Assembly (NCBI GenBank): GCA_016192845.1
Contig: JACPTI010000030.1
Coordinates: 1,281-65,280 of the forward strand
Origin: Acidobacteriota bacterium
GTDB lineage: Bacteria; Acidobacteriota; Vicinamibacteria; Vicinamibacterales; UBA2999
Direction of reading: 5' to 3'
Length of the DNA stretch: 64,000 bases
The first letter of the stretch is position 1. Each line of letters begins with the position of its first letter. The notes below the pieces were generated by a model, which did not search any database, had not been told where the DNA came from, and saw nothing but the letters and a program-made list of their open reading frames with translations. Positions 1-7,691 of this stretch are shown here, one piece after another. Position numbers and translations under genes: made by a program.

Positions 1-1
1 C

Positions 2-571
2 GTCGTCGGCAACGAGATCCCGTATCAGCCGTGGGCGCTCGAGCGGAAGCAGCAGAACTACGCGCAGCGCACGGCGCTCGACCCGGTGGCCAGGTGCTAC
101 CTCCCCGGCATCCCGCGGCTGATGTACATACCGTTCCCGTTCCAAATCGTGCAGACGCCGAACGAGATCGCGATGCTGTTCGAGTTCGTGCATGCGGTGC
201 GGTTCGTCTTCATGAGCGGCGCGCATCCGCCGGGGCCGATCGACTGGTGGATGGGCGACTCCCGCGGCCGCTGGGAGGGTGACACGCTCGTCGTCGACGC
301 CGTGCACTTCAACGACCGGACGTGGTTCGACAACGCCGGCAACTTCCACAGCGAGGCGCTGCACCTGGTCGAGCGCTACACGATGCTCGGGCCGGATCAC
401 ATCCAGTACGACGTGCGGATCGAGGACCCGAAGGTGTTCACGCGGCCCTGGGACATGAGCCTCGTCCTGTACCGCCGCAAGGAGCGGAACGCGCAGCTCT
501 ACGACTACGAGTGCTACGCGTTCGACTACGAAAAGTACTATCCGTATCCGCAATTGAGGAGTCCGCAATGA
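2..571 (+). CDS. secreted conserved hypothetical protein, paralog copy 1 (5' end outside window)
   Basis: Frame 2 is open from nt 2 (VVGNEIPYQPWALERKQQNY...) to TGA 569-571. Shares motifs PYQPWA, GxPR, GDxRGRWEGDTLVVD and FTRPW with CDS 568-1395 and 10060-10920. G/C-rich third codon positions. Confidence 0.7.
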   Translation, partial: VVGNEIPYQPWALERKQQNYAQRTALDPVARCYLPGIPRLMYIPFPFQIVQTPNEIAMLFEFVHAVRFVFMSGAHPPGPIDWWMGDSRGRWEGDTLVVDAVHFNDRTWFDNAGNFHSEALHLVERYTMLGPDHIQYDVRIEDPKVFTRPWDMSLVLYRRKERNAQLYDYECYAFDYEKYYPYPQLRSPQ

Positions 572-1395
572 GCACGCGACGGCTGATCGGGGCTCTCGGG
601 AGTCTGCTGTTTCTGTGGGTGTCTCCGCCCGTGGCGGCGCAGGAGGCGGGCCCGAGGCCGCTCGAGCGGCTGCCGGACGGGCAGCCGAACGTGCAGGGCG
701 TCTGGGGGCCGGTCAATCCAGGCTCGCTCTCGCTCACGAATCCGGTGCCGCAGCAGGCCGACTTCGATACGACGATCAAGCCGCTGCCGAGCCGGATCAT
801 CGATCCGCCGGACGGCAGGGTGCCGTATCAGCCCTGGGCCGCCGCGCTCCAGAAGGAGCAGAACCACTATTATGCGTATCCCATACGGCCCGAGCACATC
901 GACACGCAGCACCGCTGCATGCTCTCCGGCGTGCCGCGGCTCTTCACGATCGTCCCGGCCCTCAGAATCATCCAGTCGCGCGGCCTGATCGTCTTCCTCT
1001 GGGACACCTATACGGCGTACCGGGTGATTCCGCTCGACAACCGTCCGCACGTGGCGTCGAACGTCAAGCTGTACATGGGCGACGGCCGCGGCCGCTGGGA
1101 CGGGAACACGCTGACGATTGACACGCGCGGCGTGAAGGGGCACCGGCTCACCTACATCGGCGACTTCTACAGCGACAACGCGACGATCCTGGAGCGCCTC
1201 ACCTGGACCGATGCCAACACGTTCACCTACGAGGCGACGATCACCGATCCCGCCGTCTTCACGCGGCCGTGGACGATGCGCCTCGTCCAGCGGCGGCGGC
1301 CGAACGAGGAGATGTGGGAGGGTGCGTGCTACGAGGGGATGGCGGATCCGGACCAGTTCCTGCTGAAGAGCGCCCCGCCCCCGCCGACACGGTAG
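568..1395 (+). CDS. secreted conserved hypothetical protein, paralog copy 2
   Basis: ATG 568 overlaps the upstream stop (ATGA), with GAGGAG a few nt upstream. Signal-peptide-like MSTRRLIGALGSLLFLWVSPPVAAQ. Motifs DGRVPYQPWA, GVPR, GDGRGRWDGNTL and FTRPWTM are shared with the other two copies. Confidence 0.8.
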   Translation: MSTRRLIGALGSLLFLWVSPPVAAQEAGPRPLERLPDGQPNVQGVWGPVNPGSLSLTNPVPQQADFDTTIKPLPSRIIDPPDGRVPYQPWAAALQKEQNHYYAYPIRPEHIDTQHRCMLSGVPRLFTIVPALRIIQSRGLIVFLWDTYTAYRVIPLDNRPHVASNVKLYMGDGRGRWDGNTLTIDTRGVKGHRLTYIGDFYSDNATILERLTWTDANTFTYEATITDPAVFTRPWTMRLVQRRRPNEEMWEGACYEGMADPDQFLLKSAPPPPTR

Positions 1396-1410
1396 CCCCG
1401 ACAGGCGTAG

Positions 1411-1432
1411 AGGCGGACCTTCAGGTCCGCCT
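1411..1432. terminator. perfect 9-bp hairpin (AGGCGGACC-TTCA-GGTCCGCCT), probable bidirectional terminator
   Basis: Read directly. It sits between the stop of CDS 568-1395 and the displaced 3'-end copy of the phosphatidyltransferase gene (repeat 1434-1515). Confidence 0.55.
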
Positions 1433-1433
1433 T

Positions 1434-1515
1434 ACCGCAGGAGCGCCCAGAGCCCCCGGCCGGCGGCCGTCGGGTCGCCGAGCCAGTCCGGCGGCGTCAG
1501 CCAGACGAACGCCAG
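1434..1515. repeat. 82-bp direct repeat, left island boundary (attL-like); displaced copy of the phosphatidyltransferase 3' end
   Basis: 77/82 nt identical to 6788-6869. On the minus strand it still reads FVWLTPPDWLGDPTAAGRGLWALLR-TAA, versus FVWLTPPDWLADPTAAGLGLWALLR-TGA in the intact gene. Confidence 0.85.
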
Positions 1516-1758
1516 CAAGCGCGGTGTTCGCCACGGCGCGCGTCCACCGCGCCTTTCGACTATGTCTGCCGGTTCTTCGCGCCAGCAGGGCGGTCACGGT
1601 CATGAAGGGCGAACTTATCGAGTGACGCCGCGGCCTCGCGCGTGCATGCTGGCTGAACATTCTTGCCCCATCGCCAGCGGTGGCTCGATCAGCACCGCGC
1701 CGTTCGTCTACCCTGCGGCGTTTATCGCGACCGAAATTGCCGTCGGCACTCTTGATCG

Positions 1759-3036
1759 TTGTCGAATGATGCTCCAACCTTCATTGCGTTCGAGGACGAC
1801 ACCGAGCTTAGTTACGATCGTGTCATGTTTACGCTCGTAAAGCATGTTCGCTGGGAGCTCCCGTTCCCATTACGACTTCCGCCACAGGCATTCCTCGGCT
1901 GGGAGCCCCTGCATCGCGTGGCCGCAGTGTGCCTCATTCCCGGTGTCGGTGCGCTTCAGTGGAAACGCCAATGCAGTTTTCTTCAGAGAGCCGACGTGTT
2001 TGTCGATCCCGGGCCTGAACCCTCTGACGACGAGTTTCCCTCTCACAACTACCGCTTGGCATCCCTGCTCGCTCGAAACGGCCGTGAAGTGCTGACTCTT
2101 GAACTCACGGGGGGCCGTGGTGGTGGGTTCGAAGAGGCGCGACCGCACAGCACGGCGAACGTGTTCCTCGTCTTGACATCGCAGGACAGCACTAACGATA
2201 CAGATCTCGTTAACAGGGCGGCCCAGGCGATCAACAATTTCATCACGCTTGTTGCGTTCATGACGCTCGACGGCATGAGCCGACCAATGAACGGCGATCT
2301 TGACAGCTACTACACGGTCATCAGCACCGCGCGCGTGCCGGAGGACCTCGGTTGCGGAACGGCAGAAGAGGTTCTTCTCGGCCTTGACCGTCTCACCTTC
2401 AGCTCAATTGTTGGAGAGGGCCGTTCTCACAAGGTCGGGATGAACTCGTTCGAAGATCTGATGCCGGGAGCGGCCATCGATCGGCCGCCGCTCTTGCCGC
2501 AATTCGTTGATCTAGTCAGAGACGAGCAGCGCTTCGAGCTGTGGCATCAGTTGTTTTGGTCATCGCTCAGACGATTGAAGCGCCGGGAATATGCTCTCGC
2601 CATCCTCGATGCGGAGTCCGCTTTCGAGGTGTGCGTGGCCCTTACTCTCCGGGACGCTCTTCAGCGGCAGGGATTGACTGCTGAGGCTGCGGACGCTGCG
2701 CTTGCCGCCGATCTGGGTCGTCTTCAGGATCGGCTCGTGCGCCTGGATAGAATCGCGCAAGCCGAAGGTGCCACTGAACGCTTCATCGGCAGCCAGGCCG
2801 AGCGGAACTGGCGCCACGAACTCTATGACGTACGCCACGATGTGGTTCATCACGGTATTCGCGAGTTGACATTCGACGTCTCAAAGGCCGGTATCTCTCG
2901 TGGATTGCAGGCGGTCGAGCGACTGCTCACGCTCACGCCAACATTTCGGCGAAACTTCCTGTGGACTCAAGGCGCAACGACGCTGGCGCACCTTCGGGAG
3001 AGCGCTGGTCGTGTGTCTCGCTTGTTCGAATTGTGA
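1759..3036 (+). CDS. hypothetical protein with C-terminal HEPN-like domain (Rx4H motif)
   Basis: 425-aa ORF (TTG 1759; alternative ATG 1825). C-terminal helical region ...NWRHELYDVRHDVVHHG... carries R-x4-H at nt 2833-2850. No signal peptide. Lower GC than the backbone. Confidence 0.6.
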   Translation: MSNDAPTFIAFEDDTELSYDRVMFTLVKHVRWELPFPLRLPPQAFLGWEPLHRVAAVCLIPGVGALQWKRQCSFLQRADVFVDPGPEPSDDEFPSHNYRLASLLARNGREVLTLELTGGRGGGFEEARPHSTANVFLVLTSQDSTNDTDLVNRAAQAINNFITLVAFMTLDGMSRPMNGDLDSYYTVISTARVPEDLGCGTAEEVLLGLDRLTFSSIVGEGRSHKVGMNSFEDLMPGAAIDRPPLLPQFVDLVRDEQRFELWHQLFWSSLRRLKRREYALAILDAESAFEVCVALTLRDALQRQGLTAEAADAALAADLGRLQDRLVRLDRIAQAEGATERFIGSQAERNWRHELYDVRHDVVHHGIRELTFDVSKAGISRGLQAVERLLTLTPTFRRNFLWTQGATTLAHLRESAGRVSRLFEL

Positions 3037-3440
3037 AGCGAAAGCAACGCGCCTGCTCCCCCGCTTCACGGGATGGTCATCACAGATCCGGTTTCAAAAC
3101 AGGACCGCGGACCTTCCGCGCCAGCGTTTCCACACGAACTCGGAGCACGGGGGGAAGGATCCTGATTCACCGCGTCGATGGATCCGTAGCGGCCACACAA
3201 GATGCAGCATGTGGCGCATCACCAGAGCAGGTCGCGTCCGCGGCGACAACGCCGCGACAAATGGGACAGCATCCGGCGTAGGGAGGACGACACGCACGGG
3301 CACTGAGGCTTGCGAACTCGGGTAGCAGGGCCGCGCGGGCGGGCCCGAACATCATCGCTCCAAGGTGCGGCGTTGAACATTACCAATCCGCTTGTGGGAC
3401 GCAGTTTGGCCTCGCGGAGTTTGGCGGAGATCGGCGCGCC

Positions 3441-5777
3441 GTGTTGATCCAGTACGAAGCATGGCCTACGCTGTTCGACAATTCATACATTGTCGCAGGA
3501 GCCGGCGACCGCATGTACGAACTACACAACCTTGGTTGGAACGCCTTCCAACAACTTTGCCTTACGATTGTCAGGGAAATCCTGGGCCAGACCGTCGAGT
3601 CGTTTCTCGATTCCAATGATGGCGGCAGGGACGGCGCGTTCGCGGGCCAATGGAAGACGATCGGTGCCGAGAGCTTCACCGGGCGCTTCGTCATCCAGTG
3701 CAAGTTCACAGCCAGAATCAACTCCACCCTCCGGCTTGCCCATCTGTCCGACGAAGTCGCCAAGGCCAGACGCCTGGTGGAGCAAGGTCGCTGTGACGGC
3801 TACGTCCTTCTGACAAACGCCAAGGTATCGGGAAAGAAGGCAGAACAGATCGAGGATCTCTTCACAGCCGCCGGCGTCAAGCACATCATCGTCCATGGAC
3901 TGAGCTGGATCTGCGATCAGATTCGCGAGAACAAGCGTCTTCGGATGCTGGTGCCGAGGGTTTACGGCTTGGGCGATCTCAGCCAAATTCTCGACGAGCG
4001 CGCGTATACGCAGGCCCGCGCGGTTCTCGCGTCGCTTCGCGAAGAACTCGCAAAGACCGTCGTTACCGAGGCCTACAGGAGGGCCGCTGCGGCGCTGGAC
4101 CAGCACGGATTCGTACTCCTGATCGGTGAACCCGCTGCAGGAAAGACCACCATTGCGTCGCTTTTGTCGATGGCGGCCATCGACCAGTGGAATGCGTCTC
4201 TTTTGAAGCTCGACGCGCCGGGCAAGGTCATGGAGCACTGGAATCCCCACGAACCTTCCCAGTTCTTCTGGCTCGACGACGCCTTCGGCGTCGCGCAGTA
4301 CGAGGCCTTCCTAGTTCACGGGTGGAACCACATTCTCCCGCAGTTGCCAACGATGCTCAGGACAGGCGCCAAGGTCGTGATGACGTCGCGCGACTATATC
4401 TACAACAGCGCGCGCAAGGACCTAAAGGAAGGGGCGTTCCCTCTGATGAAGGAGAGCCGGGTTGTCATCGACGTGCAGGACCTGACGGCAGAGGAGAGAC
4501 GACAGATCCTCTACAACCATCTCAAGCTCGGGAAGCAGCCGAAGAGTTTTCGGGCGGACATCAAGCCACACCTTGAAGCGGTCGCATTGCATCGGCGGTT
4601 CATTCCGGAGACGGCAAGGCGCTTGGCCGACCCGCTCTTCACGAAGGGGCTGTACATTGACGACTACTACCTGGGACAGTTCGTGGAGAAGCGTGAACAA
4701 CTCCTCCAGGAGGTCCTGCAGGGGATCGACGACGACAGCAAGGCCGCCCTTGCCCTCGTCTACATGAGGAACGACCGGCTCGAGAGCCCGATCCAGCTCC
4801 AGCCTTCAGAAGAGCAGGCGATCGCGCGTCTGCGCAGCACGCTCGGCGGCTGCGTCGCGGCACTTGAGGCGCTCAAGGGCAGCCTCGTGCAGCACTTCTA
4901 CGACAACGGCGAATCCGTCTGGCGTTTCAAGCACCCGACGATCGGCGACGCATACGCCTCGATCCTCGTCCGGAATCCAGAACTCTTGGGCATTTACGTC
5001 CAGGGCACCGCGCCCGAGAAGCTGGTGGAGCAAGTCACCTGCGGCGACGTCGGGATTGAACAGGCGGTCATCATTCCGAAGGCGTTGTATCCGCTGGTGC
5101 TCAGCCGCCTCCGCGAGTTCGCCACGACGGCGTATAAGGATCCCTGGCTCGCCCGTTGGTCGGCGCGGAGCGGGCTTCAGGGCTTCTTGAGGTGGCGCTG
5201 CTCGAAAGAATTCTTGTCACTGTACCTCGCCAACCATCCAGACCTCTTGGACAAGGTGTCGCAGCCCGGTCTCATGCTCGACTCAGTGCCTGAAGTCGGC
5301 CTCGCGGTCCGCCTCCACGAATTGGGCTTGCTGCCGGAGGGCCACTGCAGGAAGTTCGTCGCCGCTGTCAGTAACTACGCCTTGGAAGGCCAGGATCTGT
5401 ACGCGCTGGACAACCTGGGCATCCGGAGTGTGTTTGAAGATCACGAGTTCGGCGAGTTCCTGCTAAAGGTCCGCACCGAATTGGTGCCCCGGCTAGACCA
5501 CATCCGCCGCGAATGGCAGAGCAACTATCCGTCTGATGACAGGCCTGAAAGCTACATGCAGCCCCTGCTCGACTCGTTCGAAGCGCTCAAAGGTCACTTC
5601 GTGGACGACCAGGAATCAATGAAGATCGTCGAGCGGGAGGCCGGACGCGCGGCTGAATGGATTCATGAGCATATGCCCGACGACTCCGACGAGAAGCCCC
5701 GCCGCAAGCTCGGGAAAGTGACCGCGGCCGATGCGCCTGGTGGCGAACGGAGCATCTTCGACGACGTCGACTTGTGA
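3441..5777 (+). CDS. Mrr-like (PD-(D/E)xK) nuclease domain fused to P-loop/STAND-like NTPase with alpha-helical C-terminal region
   Basis: 778-aa ORF (GTG 3441; alternative ATG 3513). The N-terminus DSNDGGRDGAF...GRFVIQCKF...YVLLTNAKVS (nt 3618-3704) fits the restriction-endonuclease D...(Q/E)xK pattern. Walker A is LLIGEPAAGKTT (4125-4148) and Walker B is FFWLDDAFG (4263-4289). It is followed by about 450 aa of helical, repeat-like sequence. Confidence 0.7.
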   Translation: MLIQYEAWPTLFDNSYIVAGAGDRMYELHNLGWNAFQQLCLTIVREILGQTVESFLDSNDGGRDGAFAGQWKTIGAESFTGRFVIQCKFTARINSTLRLAHLSDEVAKARRLVEQGRCDGYVLLTNAKVSGKKAEQIEDLFTAAGVKHIIVHGLSWICDQIRENKRLRMLVPRVYGLGDLSQILDERAYTQARAVLASLREELAKTVVTEAYRRAAAALDQHGFVLLIGEPAAGKTTIASLLSMAAIDQWNASLLKLDAPGKVMEHWNPHEPSQFFWLDDAFGVAQYEAFLVHGWNHILPQLPTMLRTGAKVVMTSRDYIYNSARKDLKEGAFPLMKESRVVIDVQDLTAEERRQILYNHLKLGKQPKSFRADIKPHLEAVALHRRFIPETARRLADPLFTKGLYIDDYYLGQFVEKREQLLQEVLQGIDDDSKAALALVYMRNDRLESPIQLQPSEEQAIARLRSTLGGCVAALEALKGSLVQHFYDNGESVWRFKHPTIGDAYASILVRNPELLGIYVQGTAPEKLVEQVTCGDVGIEQAVIIPKALYPLVLSRLREFATTAYKDPWLARWSARSGLQGFLRWRCSKEFLSLYLANHPDLLDKVSQPGLMLDSVPEVGLAVRLHELGLLPEGHCRKFVAAVSNYALEGQDLYALDNLGIRSVFEDHEFGEFLLKVRTELVPRLDHIRREWQSNYPSDDRPESYMQPLLDSFEALKGHFVDDQESMKIVEREAGRAAEWIHEHMPDDSDEKPRRKLGKVTAADAPGGERSIFDDVDL

Positions 5778-6159
5778 GTGGTAACCGCGACCGTGCGCTC
5801 GCTCCATCTCCAGCGCGCGCTTCGCCGTGAACGCTGCGCGCTCATCGCTCCAGGCAGTCCGTTCTCACTGCTTTGCGCGAAAAGAGCGGCGCTTGGCGCC
5901 AAGATGTCGTCACCGAGCGTGAGAAGCGTCACTCGTCGAATCGTCCTTTCACGCACGATCCTGCCGCGTTGACGATCGGCGTGCTCACCGTACTGCTCAT
6001 CGAGGAGACGCAGAACACAGAGCGCCGCAGATAGAAACGAGTAGTCGCCATATGCTGACCGACACAGCATGGCCACGTCGGAATCCGACGCCTCCAGCGG
6101 CGGGCGTGCGGCGGACGCTCGGCGTGCTGAACCTTGCCTTGGGGGGCTGGGCGCGCCCG

Positions 6160-6378
6160 TCAACGAGCCTGGTAAATCGCTGGTCGGTATCGAGGTGATG
6201 GAACGGGCTTCCCGGCCGCCCGCGCGGCATCCAACCAGAGTTGCTTGGCGCGTTCCACCTCGCGCAATGCCTGTTCGGGAGTCTGTCCGAAGGCCGAACA
6301 GGCATCTAGATCCGGAATGTCAGCGACGTAGGCGGCGTCTTCCTCGCTGTAGAAAATGTTGATGTGGTAGTCGCTCAT
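6160..6378 (-). CDS. hicB: HicB-family antitoxin
   Basis: 72 aa: MSDYHINIFYSEEDAAYVADIPDLDACSAFGQTPEQALREVERAKQLWLD..., a typical HicB/UPF0150 N-terminal fold sequence. Overlaps hicA by 4 nt. Confidence 0.8.
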   Translation of the reverse strand: MSDYHINIFYSEEDAAYVADIPDLDACSAFGQTPEQALREVERAKQLWLDAARAAGKPVPSPRYRPAIYQAR

Positions 6379-6632
6379 GGCGCGTCCCCTAACCTCAGAT
6401 TGTAGCGCTCGACGAGCCGAAGCACCTGCCGAATCTGATACGGCTTCGCGTCGCCGCCGACGTCCTGAACGTTGACGAGTTCTGGAATCTGCCGGTGCCC
6501 GTAGATTCGATGGCTTCCGGAGGTTCTGATGATCGAGAAGCCAAACGCCTCTACCAAGCGGCAGAAGTCGCTGAAGCTCACGTTCTGTAGGTCGCCCCGC
6601 GAGATTCGGGCTAGCAGCTTGCGCGGTTGCAT
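6375..6632 (-). CDS. hicA: HicA-family mRNA interferase toxin
   Basis: 85 aa containing F..L...GF....R.SGSHRIY, the hallmark of HicA/YcfA. Lies upstream of and is translationally coupled to hicB. Confidence 0.8.
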   Translation of the reverse strand: MQPRKLLARISRGDLQNVSFSDFCRLVEAFGFSIIRTSGSHRIYGHRQIPELVNVQDVGGDAKPYQIRQVLRLVERYNLRLGDAP

Positions 6633-6644
6633 TGTTCGCGTTGG

Positions 6645-6678
6645 ACTCCGCGCAGTATAGCGACTCTCACTCCGCGCA
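6645..6678 (-). promoter_or_regulatory. hicAB promoter/operator candidate: 10-nt direct repeat flanking a TATACT -10
   Basis: ACTCCGCGCA occurs at 6645-6654 and 6669-6678 (plus strand). On the minus strand this reads TGCGCGGAGT-N14(containing TATACT)-TGCGCGGAGT, and the promoter-proximal copy ends 12 nt upstream of the hicA ATG. Confidence 0.4.
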
Positions 6679-6785
6679 CCTTCGCGACCGATAGGTAATG
6701 ATCAGTCGCCAAGGGTTGACCGACCTTCGCGCCATAAAGCCCGAAGAGGCGACAGCAGACGTAGGTAACTGGCAGCGCCGATCGA

Positions 6786-7556
6786 TCACCGCAGGAGCGC
6801 CCAGAGCCCCAGGCCGGCGGCCGTCGGATCGGCGAGCCAGTCGGGCGGTGTCAGCCAGACGAACGCCAGAATCGCGATCACCCACGCGTCGTAGGGGATC
6901 GTCGTCCGCTCGTCCCGCCAGAAGAACGCGCGCCAGAACGCCCGCGCGGCGATGGTCGCGCCGGCCGGCATCGGCCGGCCGTTGAGCGCCAGATACGTGT
7001 GGTGGATCCGGTTGATCACGGTCACGACCGACAGGACGAGGATGACCCACAGGACGCCGGCCATCCGGTCGGTGAAGGCGCCGATCATGAAGAGGACGAT
7101 GCGCTCCGGCCGCTCCATGAAGCCCACCTTGCACTTCTCGATGAGCGACTCGGCGCGCGCCCGGGTGTAGCTCGTCATAATCGAAAACATCATGGTGAGT
7201 GCCGCCACCATCACGTAGTCGGTGCGCCGGAGGTCGGCGTAGAGGTAGATTAGGCCGAGGAACAGGGCGATATCGGAGAACCGGTCGAGCGTCGAGTCCC
7301 AGAAGGCGCCGAAGCGCGAGACCGTGTTGGTCAGGTGCGCGACCTTGCCGTCGATGAAGTCGAAGATGTTGGCGACGATCATCATCACGCCCGCCAGGAG
7401 GAACCGGTCGACGCCGAGCGCGCACGCGGCCGCCACATTCACCAGCACGCCGATGAGCGTGAGCACGTTGGGGTGGATGCCGAGCGCCACGCTGGCGGCG
7501 ATGATGGCGCGCAGCGGGAACATGCAGGCGGTTCCCACCAAGCCGGTAAATGTCAT
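6786..7556 (-). CDS. CDP-alcohol phosphatidyltransferase family protein
   Basis: 256-aa multi-TM protein. DFIDGKVAHLTNTVSRFGAFWDSTLDRFSD matches the DG-x2-A(R/H)-x8-G-x3-D-x3-D family motif. Confidence 0.85.
   Translation of the reverse strand: MTFTGLVGTACMFPLRAIIAASVALGIHPNVLTLIGVLVNVAAACALGVDRFLLAGVMMIVANIFDFIDGKVAHLTNTVSRFGAFWDSTLDRFSDIALFLGLIYLYADLRRTDYVMVAALTMMFSIMTSYTRARAESLIEKCKVGFMERPERIVLFMIGAFTDRMAGVLWVILVLSVVTVINRIHHTYLALNGRPMPAGATIAARAFWRAFFWRDERTTIPYDAWVIAILAFVWLTPPDWLADPTAAGLGLWALLR
6788..6869. repeat. 82-bp direct repeat, right island boundary (attR-like); functional 3' end of the phosphatidyltransferase gene
   Basis: See 1434-1515. This copy is contiguous with the rest of CDS 6786-7556. 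Confidence 0.85.
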
Positions 7557-7560
7557 GGAC

Positions 7561-7569
7561 TGTTATAAT
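7561..7569. promoter_or_regulatory. AT-rich TGTTATAAT box in a divergent intergenic region
   Basis: On the plus strand it is an extended -10 (TGnTATAAT) about 120 nt upstream of uvrC. On the minus strand it reads TATAAC ending 7 nt before the ATG at 7556, which has no SD sequence. That placement fits a leaderless transcript of the phosphatidyltransferase gene. Confidence 0.4.
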
Positions 7570-7691
7570 TAGAGGTTTTCGTCGCCGGGATCCGCGCCCG
7601 AGCGGGGCCCCCAACCCGGGCCCCCATCGCGCCCCGCGCGATGGGGTGGCGTCGCGCGGACTGTGCGCGTTGGGGTGCTCTAGAGTAGCCC

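Larger units (their letters stand above)
1434..6869. mobile_element. putative integrated genomic (defence) island, integrase not detected
   Basis: Bounded by 82-bp direct repeats that duplicate a gene 3' end. The interior is visibly lower in GC (example line 1741-1800 is about 53%) than the flanks. Cargo is a HEPN-like protein, a nuclease-NTPase and hicAB. Confidence 0.55.

Noticed and set aside
5663-6163. 166-aa minus-strand ORF and other frames in the 5778-6159 gap, examined as possible integrase or excisionase remnants of the island.
   Set aside because: No tyrosine- or serine-recombinase motifs (R..H..R..Y, or a catalytic Ser region) were recognisable. The ORF overlaps the NTPase gene in antisense and has poor codon bias.
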